64,000 nucleotides of DNA from Verrucomicrobiia bacterium (GTDB lineage: Bacteria; Verrucomicrobiota; Verrucomicrobiia; Limisphaerales; UBA8199): positions 1,029-65,028 of the forward strand of contig DATDCV010000506.1 in assembly GCA_036524155.1 (NCBI GenBank), in the 5' to 3' direction. Of this stretch, positions 52,238 to 61,290 are shown piece after piece; within the stretch, counting starts at the first letter, position 1; each line of letters starts with the position of its first letter. The position numbers and the translations under genes were made by a program. The notes under the pieces are model-generated. The model was not told where the DNA came from. It did not search any database and saw nothing but the letters and a program-made list of their open reading frames with translations.

Positions 52238-53025
52238 GGCGCGCAGACACGCATCAGCACGCTCAGAGCTGAATCGAGAACCGTTCGCCCACCTCCGCCG
52301 GCATTTATCTGTTGCGCCACACTCGTCTCCATCTGCTCATCGATGACCCTTTGAATGGCAGTCCCGTGGTAGTCTCGGTTTTCCCGCAGATCTTTTAGCC
52401 GCCGAGCAACGATTTCCGGGAGTAGCTGCATCTTGAGCAGCTTCTCATCCAGACGAGCGGATGAATCCGGCTGCAGCTTGTCCCCGTAGAGGAAAACATC
52501 CACCAAATCACGGTGTTGGAGAAAAAGGCGGTTCAGGACCGCGATGATTTTGCTCTCGATCAGGTCAGTATCTGAGGGCGTCGCGTGCACTGTGCCGCCC
52601 GCTGTTCGGATCGTCGGCGGATCCAGACAAACGATTTGCGTCAGCTCCACCGGGATTTCAACGTGCATATCCCCCCTCCAAAACCGAAGGTCGATAAACT
52701 TCGCATTGGGAGAATCGGCGTCAGGCCCCATGCGGGTGGACGCCGAACCGTCGTAGCGGAGTTCACGACGAACCTGGCCCAGGATAACCCTGCGGCAGAG
52801 ACTCAACAGTTCCTGCTGCTTCGCCTCCAAATCTCCCCCCCAATGATAATCGATATCCACCGAGAAACGCTGGCTATTGTCGAGCAACCGATACCGGAAT
52901 CCGCCGATCAGAAGGAGATTAACACCGGCAGGGCTCCGGGCGATCAAATTGGCGACGACCCGCTGGAGCGTGTCTGCCTCTCTGAACTCCGTTTTCACGG
53001 TCTGATAGGTAACATCACTGATCAC
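52234..53025 (-). CDS. AbiEii/AbiGii-family nucleotidyltransferase (type IV TA toxin-like, DUF1814)
   Basis: LLLIGGFRYRLLDNSQRFSVDIDYHW (GG...R.S.DID NTase motif) and KIIAVLNRLFLQHRDLVDVFLY. Confidence 0.78.
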   Translation of the reverse strand: MISDVTYQTVKTEFREADTLQRVVANLIARSPAGVNLLLIGGFRYRLLDNSQRFSVDIDYHWGGDLEAKQQELLSLCRRVILGQVRRELRYDGSASTRMGPDADSPNAKFIDLRFWRGDMHVEIPVELTQIVCLDPPTIRTAGGTVHATPSDTDLIESKIIAVLNRLFLQHRDLVDVFLYGDKLQPDSSARLDEKLLKMQLLPEIVARRLKDLRENRDYHGTAIQRVIDEQMETSVAQQINAGGGGRTVLDSALSVLMRVCAP

Positions 53026-53199
53026 GATTTACAACAATAATGTTGTAGATCGTGCTATGACTTAATCTCGGTCATAGCTTCCACCCCGGAGGCGGGAGTT
53101 TGAGCAAGCGATCCCTGGGGCATAGGGCGCTTTGAGCTTTCGCTGCGTCGTCCGCCTCGATCTTATTGCCCGGGGCCCGGAAAATAACCACACTGCCGT

Positions 53200-54975
53200 A
53201 TGACCGCGACGCGACCCGGCTGGGGAGTTCTCGACCTGAGCATTGTCGGCGTCTATTTCGCTGCGATGGCGCTGATCGGCTTCATGGTGCACCGACGGGC
53301 CACCCGGCAACTGGACTCGTATTTCCTCGCCGACCGTTCGGTGCCGTGGTGGATGCTCGGTTTGTCGGGGTGTTCGAGCTACATCGATATCGGGGGGACG
53401 ATGGCGATGGTGGGGGTGCTGTTCTATCTCGGGCTCAAGTCGATCTGGATCACGCACATCTTCTGGGGTTGGTTCATGATCTGCCTGTACATGGCGTATC
53501 AGGCGAAATACATCCGCCGCTCCGGCGTCATGACGTTCGCCGAATGGAACGAGACGCGGTTTGGCGCGACACGCGAGGCGGAGGCGGCGCGGATTGCGGC
53601 GGCGATTTTCCTGCTCGTACTGATGGTGTGCAACCTGATGTATATGGCCGTCGGCACGGGTAAATTCGTCGAGGAATTTCTGCCGCTGCCACGCTGGCAA
53701 TCGTCGCTGATCGTGTTCGGCGTGGTGGGGATCTATGTCACCCTGGGAGGTTTTTTCGGCGTCATTCTCACGGACATTTTTCAAACCGTCCTGATCGCAG
53801 TGGGCACAGTGGTGCTGACGGTGATGGCGTTCCAGGCGGACGTCGGCGCGGCGTCGCTGGCGGCGAAGGGCGCGGACTGGCTGTCGCTGGAGCCGACGTG
53901 GTCGTTGTGGTCAGGCTACGCGCAGCAGGTGCCGGAAAGTTACCGGCATTACGAGGCCTTCGGGCCGGTGCTGCTGGCCGGGTTTTTGTGGATGATCTTT
54001 CGGCTGCTGGCGGGCCCGAACGTCTGGGACTTCCAGTTCTTTCTGACGACGCGCAGCGCACGCGATGCGTCGCTGGCCGCAGGCTTGTGGACGGTGGGCT
54101 ACACGATGCGCTGGTTCATCGGCCTGGCGTTTGTGGTGCTGGGTTTTCGACTGCTCGGGTCGAGTGCCGGATTCGATGCCGAGAAAATCATGCCGCAGGT
54201 CATGCAGCAACTGCCGGGGGGAATGCGAGGGATTTTCATGGCGGTGCTGCTGGCGGCGCAAATGTCGACGCTGAGCGCGATGATCAATGTGACCGGCTCA
54301 GTGGTGTTGAATGATTTTCTGAAGCGCTACCTAGCGCGCCGTGTTTCTGAAAAACGACTCGTGCGGCTGGGACAGGCGGCCTCGCTCGGGGCCATCACAC
54401 TGGGCTTTCTGTTCAGTCTCAAGTTCCGGGACGTGGTGTCGGCGTGGGAGACAATGATCTTCGTGGTGGTGACGATGATTCTGGCGCCGGCAACGATGCG
54501 GTGGCACTGGTGGCGGTTCGGGGCGAAGGCCTTTGTTGCGAGCATGGCGGCTTCGGCGGCGTTTATCCTGCTCCAGAAACTGATCTTTCCACAATGGGGG
54601 ATCAGTGTGACGTTGACCGTGGATGTGCTGGTCAGCGTCGTGCTGACACTGGCGTTCGGCGCGCTGTTGAAGCCCGCCGACCGGGAGGTGCTGGTGAAGT
54701 TCTACGCCCGGGTGCGGCCCTTCGGGTTCTGGGGACCGATTCGGGCCGAAGCGGTGAAACGCGGGTTGGTGCCGGCGAACGACCGGATGCCGCGAATCGA
54801 TCTCCTCAACGGTTTCATCACGGCGCTGTTCCAGGCAGCGCTGGCGCTTGTTCCGTTCTACCTGTTCCTGCGCCGATGGCCGCAAATGTGGGCCTGGATC
54901 GCCGCGCTCGCCCTGTTGAGCGTGGTGCTCTATTTCACCTGGTACAAGAACCTGCCGGCGAAGGACGAAGCCTGA
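53200..54975 (+). CDS. Sodium:solute symporter (SSS) family transporter
   Basis: About 13 TM helices. N-terminus LDLSIVGVYFAAMALIGFMVHRR...DSYFLADRSVPWW is typical of the SSS family. Confidence 0.85.
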   Translation: MTATRPGWGVLDLSIVGVYFAAMALIGFMVHRRATRQLDSYFLADRSVPWWMLGLSGCSSYIDIGGTMAMVGVLFYLGLKSIWITHIFWGWFMICLYMAYQAKYIRRSGVMTFAEWNETRFGATREAEAARIAAAIFLLVLMVCNLMYMAVGTGKFVEEFLPLPRWQSSLIVFGVVGIYVTLGGFFGVILTDIFQTVLIAVGTVVLTVMAFQADVGAASLAAKGADWLSLEPTWSLWSGYAQQVPESYRHYEAFGPVLLAGFLWMIFRLLAGPNVWDFQFFLTTRSARDASLAAGLWTVGYTMRWFIGLAFVVLGFRLLGSSAGFDAEKIMPQVMQQLPGGMRGIFMAVLLAAQMSTLSAMINVTGSVVLNDFLKRYLARRVSEKRLVRLGQAASLGAITLGFLFSLKFRDVVSAWETMIFVVVTMILAPATMRWHWWRFGAKAFVASMAASAAFILLQKLIFPQWGISVTLTVDVLVSVVLTLAFGALLKPADREVLVKFYARVRPFGFWGPIRAEAVKRGLVPANDRMPRIDLLNGFITALFQAALALVPFYLFLRRWPQMWAWIAALALLSVVLYFTWYKNLPAKDEA

Positions 54976-54987
54976 AACAACGTACCC

Positions 54988-55086
54988 CTCAGTCTTGGGT
55001 CGGAGCGCCGATTTTTAATCGGCTTAGGCACGCCGGGCGGCCACGTGTAAGCCGAGTGCAACTCGGCGCTCCGACCCAAGGCTGAG
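54988..55086 (+). repeat. R3 structured palindromic element, copy 2
   Basis: Same architecture as 48639-48742, starting 13 nt after the symporter stop. It differs by a compensatory pair (T55000/A55074 versus G48654/C48727) and in the apex sequence. Confidence 0.85.
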
Positions 55087-55423
55087 AAGGTGTGAAAAAA
55101 TTGGCGAAGCGCGAGTAAATGTTCAACACCCACGTTGAGAGCCATCTACTTGCGATTGCCAATTTCGGCTCTTTTCAATTTTTTCACACCTTCTGAGGCG
55201 ATACGACACAATTCACGATCGCGACCCGGGCGTCACAAGCTCGCCCGACCTCACGCCCCGCGTGGCGCGGGAGTTCACCGAGGCCGGGCGAGCTTGGCGT
55301 TGCGGCAACAGAGACCTGGCGGACGTTGCTGCGGACTGAAGTCCGCGCGCCGACCGCCAGGTTCATGATTCCAGTGCATGCCGCGGGGCGGAGGGAGATT
55401 TCCCCCACCGACCCGGTTTTCGC

Positions 55424-56305
55424 TCAAGCGGCTTTTCGGGACACGGCCTGAGGCGTCCAATTCTGCTGGCGGAGAGCCTTTTCGAGCGGGGTCAGGCTCG
55501 GGTACTCTTTGCGCAGAGCGGCAATATCGATGTGGTAGCCCACGTCATTGAACCACCGGTACATCCGGGTGATCTCCTCGCCGGCGCCCTGCCGGAATTC
55601 GTCCCAGGACGTTTGCACGTAATTGACCTTTCGGCCGAGCAGGCGCGTGAACAGCTCCGCCATCTGGAGCATGGTCCGTTCCTCGCCGGCCAATTCCACC
55701 GTCCGGCCGATCCATTTGCCCGGATTCTCAAAGGCCACAGCGGCAATGGCGCCAATATCGTCGACGTGGATCTGTTGCAGCGGTGTTTGCGGGTCCAACG
55801 GCAGCGACAAAGTGCCCTGCAGAATCCGCTCGCCCATGAAATTGCGCCAGTTTTCCATGAAGAACGCCGGACGCAATATGGTCGCCGGAATGCCGATCTG
55901 CTTGAGGTGTTGCTCGATCTGCCACTTGCTCTCAAAGTGCGGCAGGCCGGTCTTGCGATCGGCGCTCACCACCGAGCTGTACACGAAGTGCCGCACCCCC
56001 GCGGCTTTCGCCGCGTCCGCCAGCGCTTTGCCCTGGCGAATCTCGCCTTCGTAGCCGGCCTCCATGAAGTTCTGCACCGAAAACACGCCGTAAACCCCGT
56101 CCAGTGCACGCTTGAGGGCCGAAGCATCGTCCAGGTCGCCCTGCACGATTTCGGCCCCTTGTTGCGCCAGCGCTTTTGCCGCCGGCTGGGCTGCGTCACG
56201 GGTCAAGGCCCGTACCTGGAAGCCAGGTCGTTTCGAAAGATGCCGAACCACGGCACCGCCTTGTTGGCCGGTTGCGCCGGTCACCAATACTCGTTTTGAG
56301 TTCAT
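55424..56305 (-). CDS. NmrA-family NAD(P)-binding protein
   Basis: Start at MNSKRVLVTGATGQQGGAVVRHL (Rossmann GxxGxxG). NmrA-like body. Confidence 0.85.
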   Translation of the reverse strand: MNSKRVLVTGATGQQGGAVVRHLSKRPGFQVRALTRDAAQPAAKALAQQGAEIVQGDLDDASALKRALDGVYGVFSVQNFMEAGYEGEIRQGKALADAAKAAGVRHFVYSSVVSADRKTGLPHFESKWQIEQHLKQIGIPATILRPAFFMENWRNFMGERILQGTLSLPLDPQTPLQQIHVDDIGAIAAVAFENPGKWIGRTVELAGEERTMLQMAELFTRLLGRKVNYVQTSWDEFRQGAGEEITRMYRWFNDVGYHIDIAALRKEYPSLTPLEKALRQQNWTPQAVSRKAA

Positions 56306-56579
56306 GTCTTCCTGTTCTTTTTGTTGTTCGTTCAGCTTCCCGAAAGCCCCGCCCCTGACCGCGCTGCCCCACCCGGGGCCACGGCCGGCCAGCGGAACCC
56401 GCGGGTCGCTCAACGAGGTTTGGCGCGTGACAAATGGCGAAGTCGAATTTGCATGTGGAACCAGTTTTTGGCCAACGAATCAATTGCCGTCGCTAATACA
56501 ACCTATTAGTTAACCATCGTCCACAGCCGGCTGAACTGCAAGCGCCTTCGCTCTTCCCGAAGCCGCGGCGCGCCGCCCG

Positions 56580-56654
56580 GGTAGGGACGCGCTCCACCGC
56601 GTCCCATTCTTCTCCGCAAGCCCTTCGACGGACGCGGTGGAACGCGCCCCTACC
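56580..56654. repeat. R4 long inverted repeat (25-nt arms)
   Basis: GGTAGGGACGCGCTCCACCGCGTCC (56580-56604) versus GGACGCGGTGGAACGCGCCCCTACC (56630-56654). Two mismatches would be G:U pairs in a minus-strand transcript. Confidence 0.75.
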
Positions 56655-56908
56655 AATTGGGTTGCGGCTTTGTCGCGTTGTGACAGCGCCCCCTACCCCT
56701 GCAGAGCTATTGCGGCTTGGGCAAAACGCGCGCGAGTGTCGGCTTGAGCGAGTCGGCCGACCGCGATAAACTGGTGTGGATTACGATGAGACCAACTCTC
56801 GCGCTTATCCTGTTTCAACCTGGCGATGGAGGAACTCAAGAAGTCGCCCCCGCCTGTGCTGACGAAACCGCCCTATCCGAATTACCACCGGTAGAGGGGC
56901 GACCCATT

Positions 56909-57202
56909 ATGCTGCCGCTCACCAACGCACAGATAAGAGCCTTGAAGGCCCGGGCCCAACGGCTGAAGGCAATCCTCAAGCTCGGCAAGGACGGGATCAG
57001 CCCGCAGTTCCTCGCCGCCCTGGACGATGCCCTTCAGCACCACGAGCTGGTCAAAGTGAAATTCGATGAGTTCAAGGATCAGAAAAAGGAACTTTCACCG
57101 CAGTTGGCGCAGAGGAGTGGCAGCCATTTGGTGACTCGCGTCGGCAATGTCGTCGTGCTTTACAGGTCCAAGCCGGCAGACGACGTCCAGACAAATGCCT
57201 AG
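56909..57202 (+). CDS. yhbY: YhbY-family (CRM domain) RNA-binding protein
   Basis: LTNAQIRALKARAQRLKAILKLGKDGISPQFLAALDDALQHHELVKVKF...VGNVVVLYR. Start chosen at MLPLT (ATG 56909). Confidence 0.82.
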   Translation: MLPLTNAQIRALKARAQRLKAILKLGKDGISPQFLAALDDALQHHELVKVKFDEFKDQKKELSPQLAQRSGSHLVTRVGNVVVLYRSKPADDVQTNA

Positions 57203-57268
57203 GCCGTGAGTGAATCCACAGGGCTCGGCGCTAAAGTCTGAGAGCGGTTAGGCAAGGCGGCGGATCGG

Positions 57269-57328
57269 GGCGCCGACATGTTGTCGGCTTATGCCGCTCC
57301 GCCCGCGCAAGCCGACAACATGTCGGCG
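57269..57328. terminator. R5 nested palindrome between convergent genes, candidate bidirectional terminator
   Basis: Perfect 21-nt arms GCGCCGACATGTTGTCGGCTT / AAGCCGACAACATGTCGGCGC, and each arm is itself palindromic. It lies between the yhbY stop (57202) and the oxidoreductase stop (57371). Confidence 0.45.
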
Positions 57329-57370
57329 CTCCGCCCGCACATGTGAAGCCGTCGAGGTCAAGATGTCCCC

Positions 57371-58621
57371 TTACGCCGCGATCAGGGTGCGGGTCTCGGG
57401 GTCGTAAGTTTGGCGGCGGCCGGTTTGCAGAGCGGTGGCGGCCATGATCGTCGCCACTGCGTGCTGATGGCCGTACTGGATGTCCGCGTTCGGGCGCTGC
57501 CGGGTGCGCAGGCATTGCAGCCAATTCCCCATGTGCGATTCATCCGCCTCTGATTTGATGGTCCCCGGCTCAATCGTCGAACCGCGGCCGCCTTCGGGCG
57601 AGATGGTCCATTTCTCCAAGTCCATGGTGCCTTTGGTGCCGTGGATTGTGAAGTGCACGCCGGCGGAATTGCCCAGCCCCATGCCCCAGTCGAACAGGAA
57701 TTTGCCCGGGTACTCGAGCAGTGCATGGAACGTGTCCGAAGTATCGCGCCCGTCTTTCCACACATAAACGCCGCCTTGTGCTACCGCGCTGATCGGATAT
57801 TGCGCGCCGGTGATCATGTGCACCGCGTCGGCATAATGGGTCATCCACAGCCCCGGCAACCCATTCGAGGTGTCGCGATAAAGCTGCCACTGGCGCAGCA
57901 GCTTCGCGTCAAAAGGCCGGTTAGGCAGTTGCATGAGAAACGCCGGCCAATCGACGTCTCCTTCGACGCAATCGCTGGTGTTCCGGGCCCACCGCGCCTC
58001 GTGGAAATACATCGCAGCCTCCACGCGGTTCACCTGCCCGAGGACGCCGGTTGAGTACAGCGCGGCGGCCGCCTTGAATTTGCCCTCGCTCCGCCGCTGC
58101 GTGCCGGCCTGCACGACTCGTTGTCCGGCCCTGGCCAGGTCCAGCGCCTCGTTGGCGGAGGCCAGGTCAATCGTCATGGGCTTTTCGATATAGACATCTT
58201 TACCTGCTTTCAGCGCTGCCACGAGAATCGTTCCATGGCTGAAATCCGGAGTGGCGATGGTCACCGCGTCCAATTCCTTCAGCGCGAGCAGTTCGTCGAA
58301 TCGCGTGAATTGCCGGGGCGCGTGGCCGCTTTTGTCGAGGATGCGTTTTGCGGCGGCCTCCCGGTTCTTGCGCCAGACATCGCACACTGCCACAACCTTG
58401 ACGTTCTGTTTCTCCCGCTGCGCCAGGATGTCCGCGAGCAATGCCGAGCCGCGGCCGCCCACGCCGATGCAGCCGATTCCTATGGTCTCATTTGCCTCAG
58501 CCGCCGCTTTTGCCACTGCTGGGCCGGTGCCGAGCGCGACGCTGCCAAGCACAGCATTTTTCAGAAATGTGCGGCGCGGCATGGCCGCCAAACCGGTTGG
58601 AGCCTCATCGTGTTCGTTCAT
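57371..58621 (-). CDS. Tat-signal Gfo/Idh/MocA-family oxidoreductase
   Basis: Start at MNEHDEAP (58621). Twin-arginine MPRRTFLKNAVLGSVALG. Rossmann IGIGCIGVGGRG. The C-terminal alpha/beta domain is typical of the family. Confidence 0.88.
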   Translation of the reverse strand: MNEHDEAPTGLAAMPRRTFLKNAVLGSVALGTGPAVAKAAAEANETIGIGCIGVGGRGSALLADILAQREKQNVKVVAVCDVWRKNREAAAKRILDKSGHAPRQFTRFDELLALKELDAVTIATPDFSHGTILVAALKAGKDVYIEKPMTIDLASANEALDLARAGQRVVQAGTQRRSEGKFKAAAALYSTGVLGQVNRVEAAMYFHEARWARNTSDCVEGDVDWPAFLMQLPNRPFDAKLLRQWQLYRDTSNGLPGLWMTHYADAVHMITGAQYPISAVAQGGVYVWKDGRDTSDTFHALLEYPGKFLFDWGMGLGNSAGVHFTIHGTKGTMDLEKWTISPEGGRGSTIEPGTIKSEADESHMGNWLQCLRTRQRPNADIQYGHQHAVATIMAATALQTGRRQTYDPETRTLIAA

Positions 58622-59042
58622 GGGGGGAGTGTTCTGATGGTCGCGTTTTGTGGGACTTCTTGGCCCGTTTCCAGGCCCGGCGCAAGTCAAAAGGGCGGAG
58701 CGGGGCCACTGTCGGGGCCGCGGCAGGTCGGAGCAGCCGGAAAGGGGCTCGCTGAAGTGGGAAGTCCGAAAACCGAACTTCGAACTCCGGAACCCCAGGG
58801 TAGCGAAATTTCGAAATCGCCAGCGGGATGAAAAAGGCACGCCGCCAGCGTGCGACGCGTATGGAGTGCGTCCGAGCAGAAAGATCTGGATTATGAAAAT
58901 ACCTGACTGACAGGTTTTTGGGTACCTTTTCGGCGAGAAATCCTAACCGCTTGCCGGCCGGTACTCGCCGGATCAGGGTTGGATTAGTTTCGGCTCCGTC
59001 GCGAATTGGCGCTGTCGCTGTACCCTGTGTGGTTTTCTTCTA

Positions 59043-59071
59043 TTGACAAAGAGTGTAAATCATACTTAAAT
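59043..59071 (+). promoter_or_regulatory. Sigma70-like promoter candidate
   Basis: TTGACA (59043-59048), 17-nt spacer, TTAAAT (59066-59071), about 95 nt upstream of ATG 59165, in an AT-richer intergenic region. Confidence 0.4.
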
Positions 59072-59164
59072 CGCAAACAATCACCATAAGGTCCAACAAT
59101 GTTGGAGCATTAACTGGCTTTGGTTTATGAAGTCCGATAACACGAAACCGAAAGGAACCAAGCA

Positions 59165-61198
59165 ATGAAAGCGTTAGACCCCGAGAGCAACATCACGCGG
59201 CTGGCATTCTTGTGTGCTCTGATCGGGATTGCCACGGAATGTAGAGCGGAGGTCCTGATCCAAGCTCACCCGAGCAGTCGTGAAGTGTACATCGGAGGCA
59301 GCACAGAGTTAAAGGTTGCCGCGGTACAGCAGGGCGGAACTGGCCTGTACTACCAATGGCAAAAAAACGCGGTGGATGTCCCCGGAGCGACCGGATCCAG
59401 CTATACAATTTCGGCTTGGACGACAGCAAAGGAGGGCGACTACACAGTACGGGTTTCAAATGGTCAGACCAGCGTTACTAGTGAACCCGCCACGCTCAGC
59501 ACGGCCGGTGCGTACACTCACAGCCGCCTCTTAACGAGTGACGCGCAATTTGCCCTGTACGGGGTTCTTTGTAACCTGCAAACCGGGAATGGTTCTTTGA
59601 GTATTTGCCCCAGCACGCGGCCGCTCCCTTACCTTAACGTTGCGTGCTCTGGTCGGGGGACGATTGCTCGTGTTGACGTCAACACCAGGAAGGTTGTGGG
59701 AGAGTATTACACCGCGCCGGCCAGCAGGCAGTACCACCGAGACCCATCGAGAACCACCGTGGACCTCTATGGCAATGTTTGGACCGGAAATCGTGCTGAG
59801 TTGGGCGATCTCCCAAGTAATCCGTTTGGCTCGGTGACCAGGATTGGAATGGTCGTCGGTGGCGTCCGGGGTAACTATGACTATATAAATCACAAGTTCA
59901 CACCTGACCCCATTAACCCGAGCATCCCAGGCCACTGGCTCTCTCCCCCCTTCAAGTACAACACCTGTAAGGATCTGAACGGGGATGGCTTTTTGTACAC
60001 ATCTTCCGGAAAGTGGGACGGTCAGACCTGTGACGCAATTGCATGGAATCCCCCTTCGAGTATCGACGAACTGATCCTGAACTATGTTTACACGAAGCCA
60101 AACGGCGTCCGGGCCGTCGCAGTTGACAAGAATAACAATATTTGGGTGGGAGGGTCCAGCCGTGCTTCCAGTGGAAACGACTTTCATCAGCTCATCAAGG
60201 TCTCAGGCTTGGGGGCGGATCCAGACATCTTCCTGAGCACCACAAACATCTGGGGCGACAGCAATTGGAACTGCGCTGGCGGGTACGGGGCGCTCGTTGA
60301 CGGCTATGGTGTTCTCTGGTCGAGCAGATATATGGGAGGCTGGTACACCCCGGGAGGTGAAACGTTTAGATACGATACGCAGGCGCAAACGTGGCCCCCC
60401 GCGCACCTTGGCTTACTGGACCCTTACGAGTATGGCATGACGGTAGACCCGGCGACCGGGTTTATTTGGAAGACCACTTACGGACCTGAAGGCTGCTACT
60501 GTGGATACATCTACTGGCCGTCCGGCGATATCTGGGGATCGTTCTACCAAGGGTCCGAGTATTCGAAAGGGATCGCGATCGACAGCGTTGGAAATGTCTG
60601 GATAGCCCACTGGGATAATGGGTACGGTACAACCGTCGGGCACCTTACACGGGACGGGACGTGGATCGCGGACGTGGTGCTCAACTACCAGGGCGATACG
60701 GGGCAGGGACCGACAGGCGTTTCGATCGATTCAAACGGCAAGGTTTGGGCGGTCTGCCAGTTCTCAGATGACGCCTTCCTGATTAACCCGAACGGTACGG
60801 TTGAAGCACGCGTAGATCTTGGCGCGGGTGCTGGACCTTACAACTACAGCGACATGACCGGGTTCGTGGCCTTCAGTACGACATCGCCAAGTGGCTTTTG
60901 GGATTTTGTAATCGACACCGCCAGTGACGCCTCCGGCGTCCTTTCCCTCTCCTGGAACGGCGTTTCTCCCATAGGCACCAGCATCAAGGTCCAAGTTCGT
61001 GCTAGCAATTCGCTGTTCGGGTCTGGCGGGCTCACGGATGTGCCGTTCGTCACGGTGAGCAGCGGCGAGCCGCTAGCGGGGCGGGCTCTCGGCAGATATT
61101 TCGAGGTGCGAGTAACGCTCGCAAAGAACTTTGGAGTGGCCAGCATCCCGGTCCTAAATGACCTGACGCTGAACTGGCAGGGGAACGACTGGAAGTAG
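59165..61198 (+). CDS. Secreted protein with N-terminal Ig-like domain and beta-propeller-like body, hypothetical
   Basis: Signal peptide. Ig-like LYYQWQKNAVDVPGATGSSYTISAWTTAKEGDYTVRVSN. Repeated G.VW.. strands (YGNVWTGN, NNNIWVGG, GVLWSSRY, VGNVWIAHW, NGKVWAVC). Confidence 0.75.
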   Translation: MKALDPESNITRLAFLCALIGIATECRAEVLIQAHPSSREVYIGGSTELKVAAVQQGGTGLYYQWQKNAVDVPGATGSSYTISAWTTAKEGDYTVRVSNGQTSVTSEPATLSTAGAYTHSRLLTSDAQFALYGVLCNLQTGNGSLSICPSTRPLPYLNVACSGRGTIARVDVNTRKVVGEYYTAPASRQYHRDPSRTTVDLYGNVWTGNRAELGDLPSNPFGSVTRIGMVVGGVRGNYDYINHKFTPDPINPSIPGHWLSPPFKYNTCKDLNGDGFLYTSSGKWDGQTCDAIAWNPPSSIDELILNYVYTKPNGVRAVAVDKNNNIWVGGSSRASSGNDFHQLIKVSGLGADPDIFLSTTNIWGDSNWNCAGGYGALVDGYGVLWSSRYMGGWYTPGGETFRYDTQAQTWPPAHLGLLDPYEYGMTVDPATGFIWKTTYGPEGCYCGYIYWPSGDIWGSFYQGSEYSKGIAIDSVGNVWIAHWDNGYGTTVGHLTRDGTWIADVVLNYQGDTGQGPTGVSIDSNGKVWAVCQFSDDAFLINPNGTVEARVDLGAGAGPYNYSDMTGFVAFSTTSPSGFWDFVIDTASDASGVLSLSWNGVSPIGTSIKVQVRASNSLFGSGGLTDVPFVTVSSGEPLAGRALGRYFEVRVTLAKNFGVASIPVLNDLTLNWQGNDWK

Positions 61199-61290
61199 AG
61201 AGGGGGCCAATCATAGGCGAGTTCAGTTCAGCGCGCGGCGTGGAGCGTCATTCCGTCGGACCGTTATCAACGGAGCTGAGCAACGCGCGT

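Noticed and set aside
14387-57335. Whether the various GC-rich hairpin repeats could be a degenerate CRISPR array
   Set aside because: The copies are kilobases apart, in mixed orientation, and are not separated by regular ~30-nt spacers. No cas genes are present.
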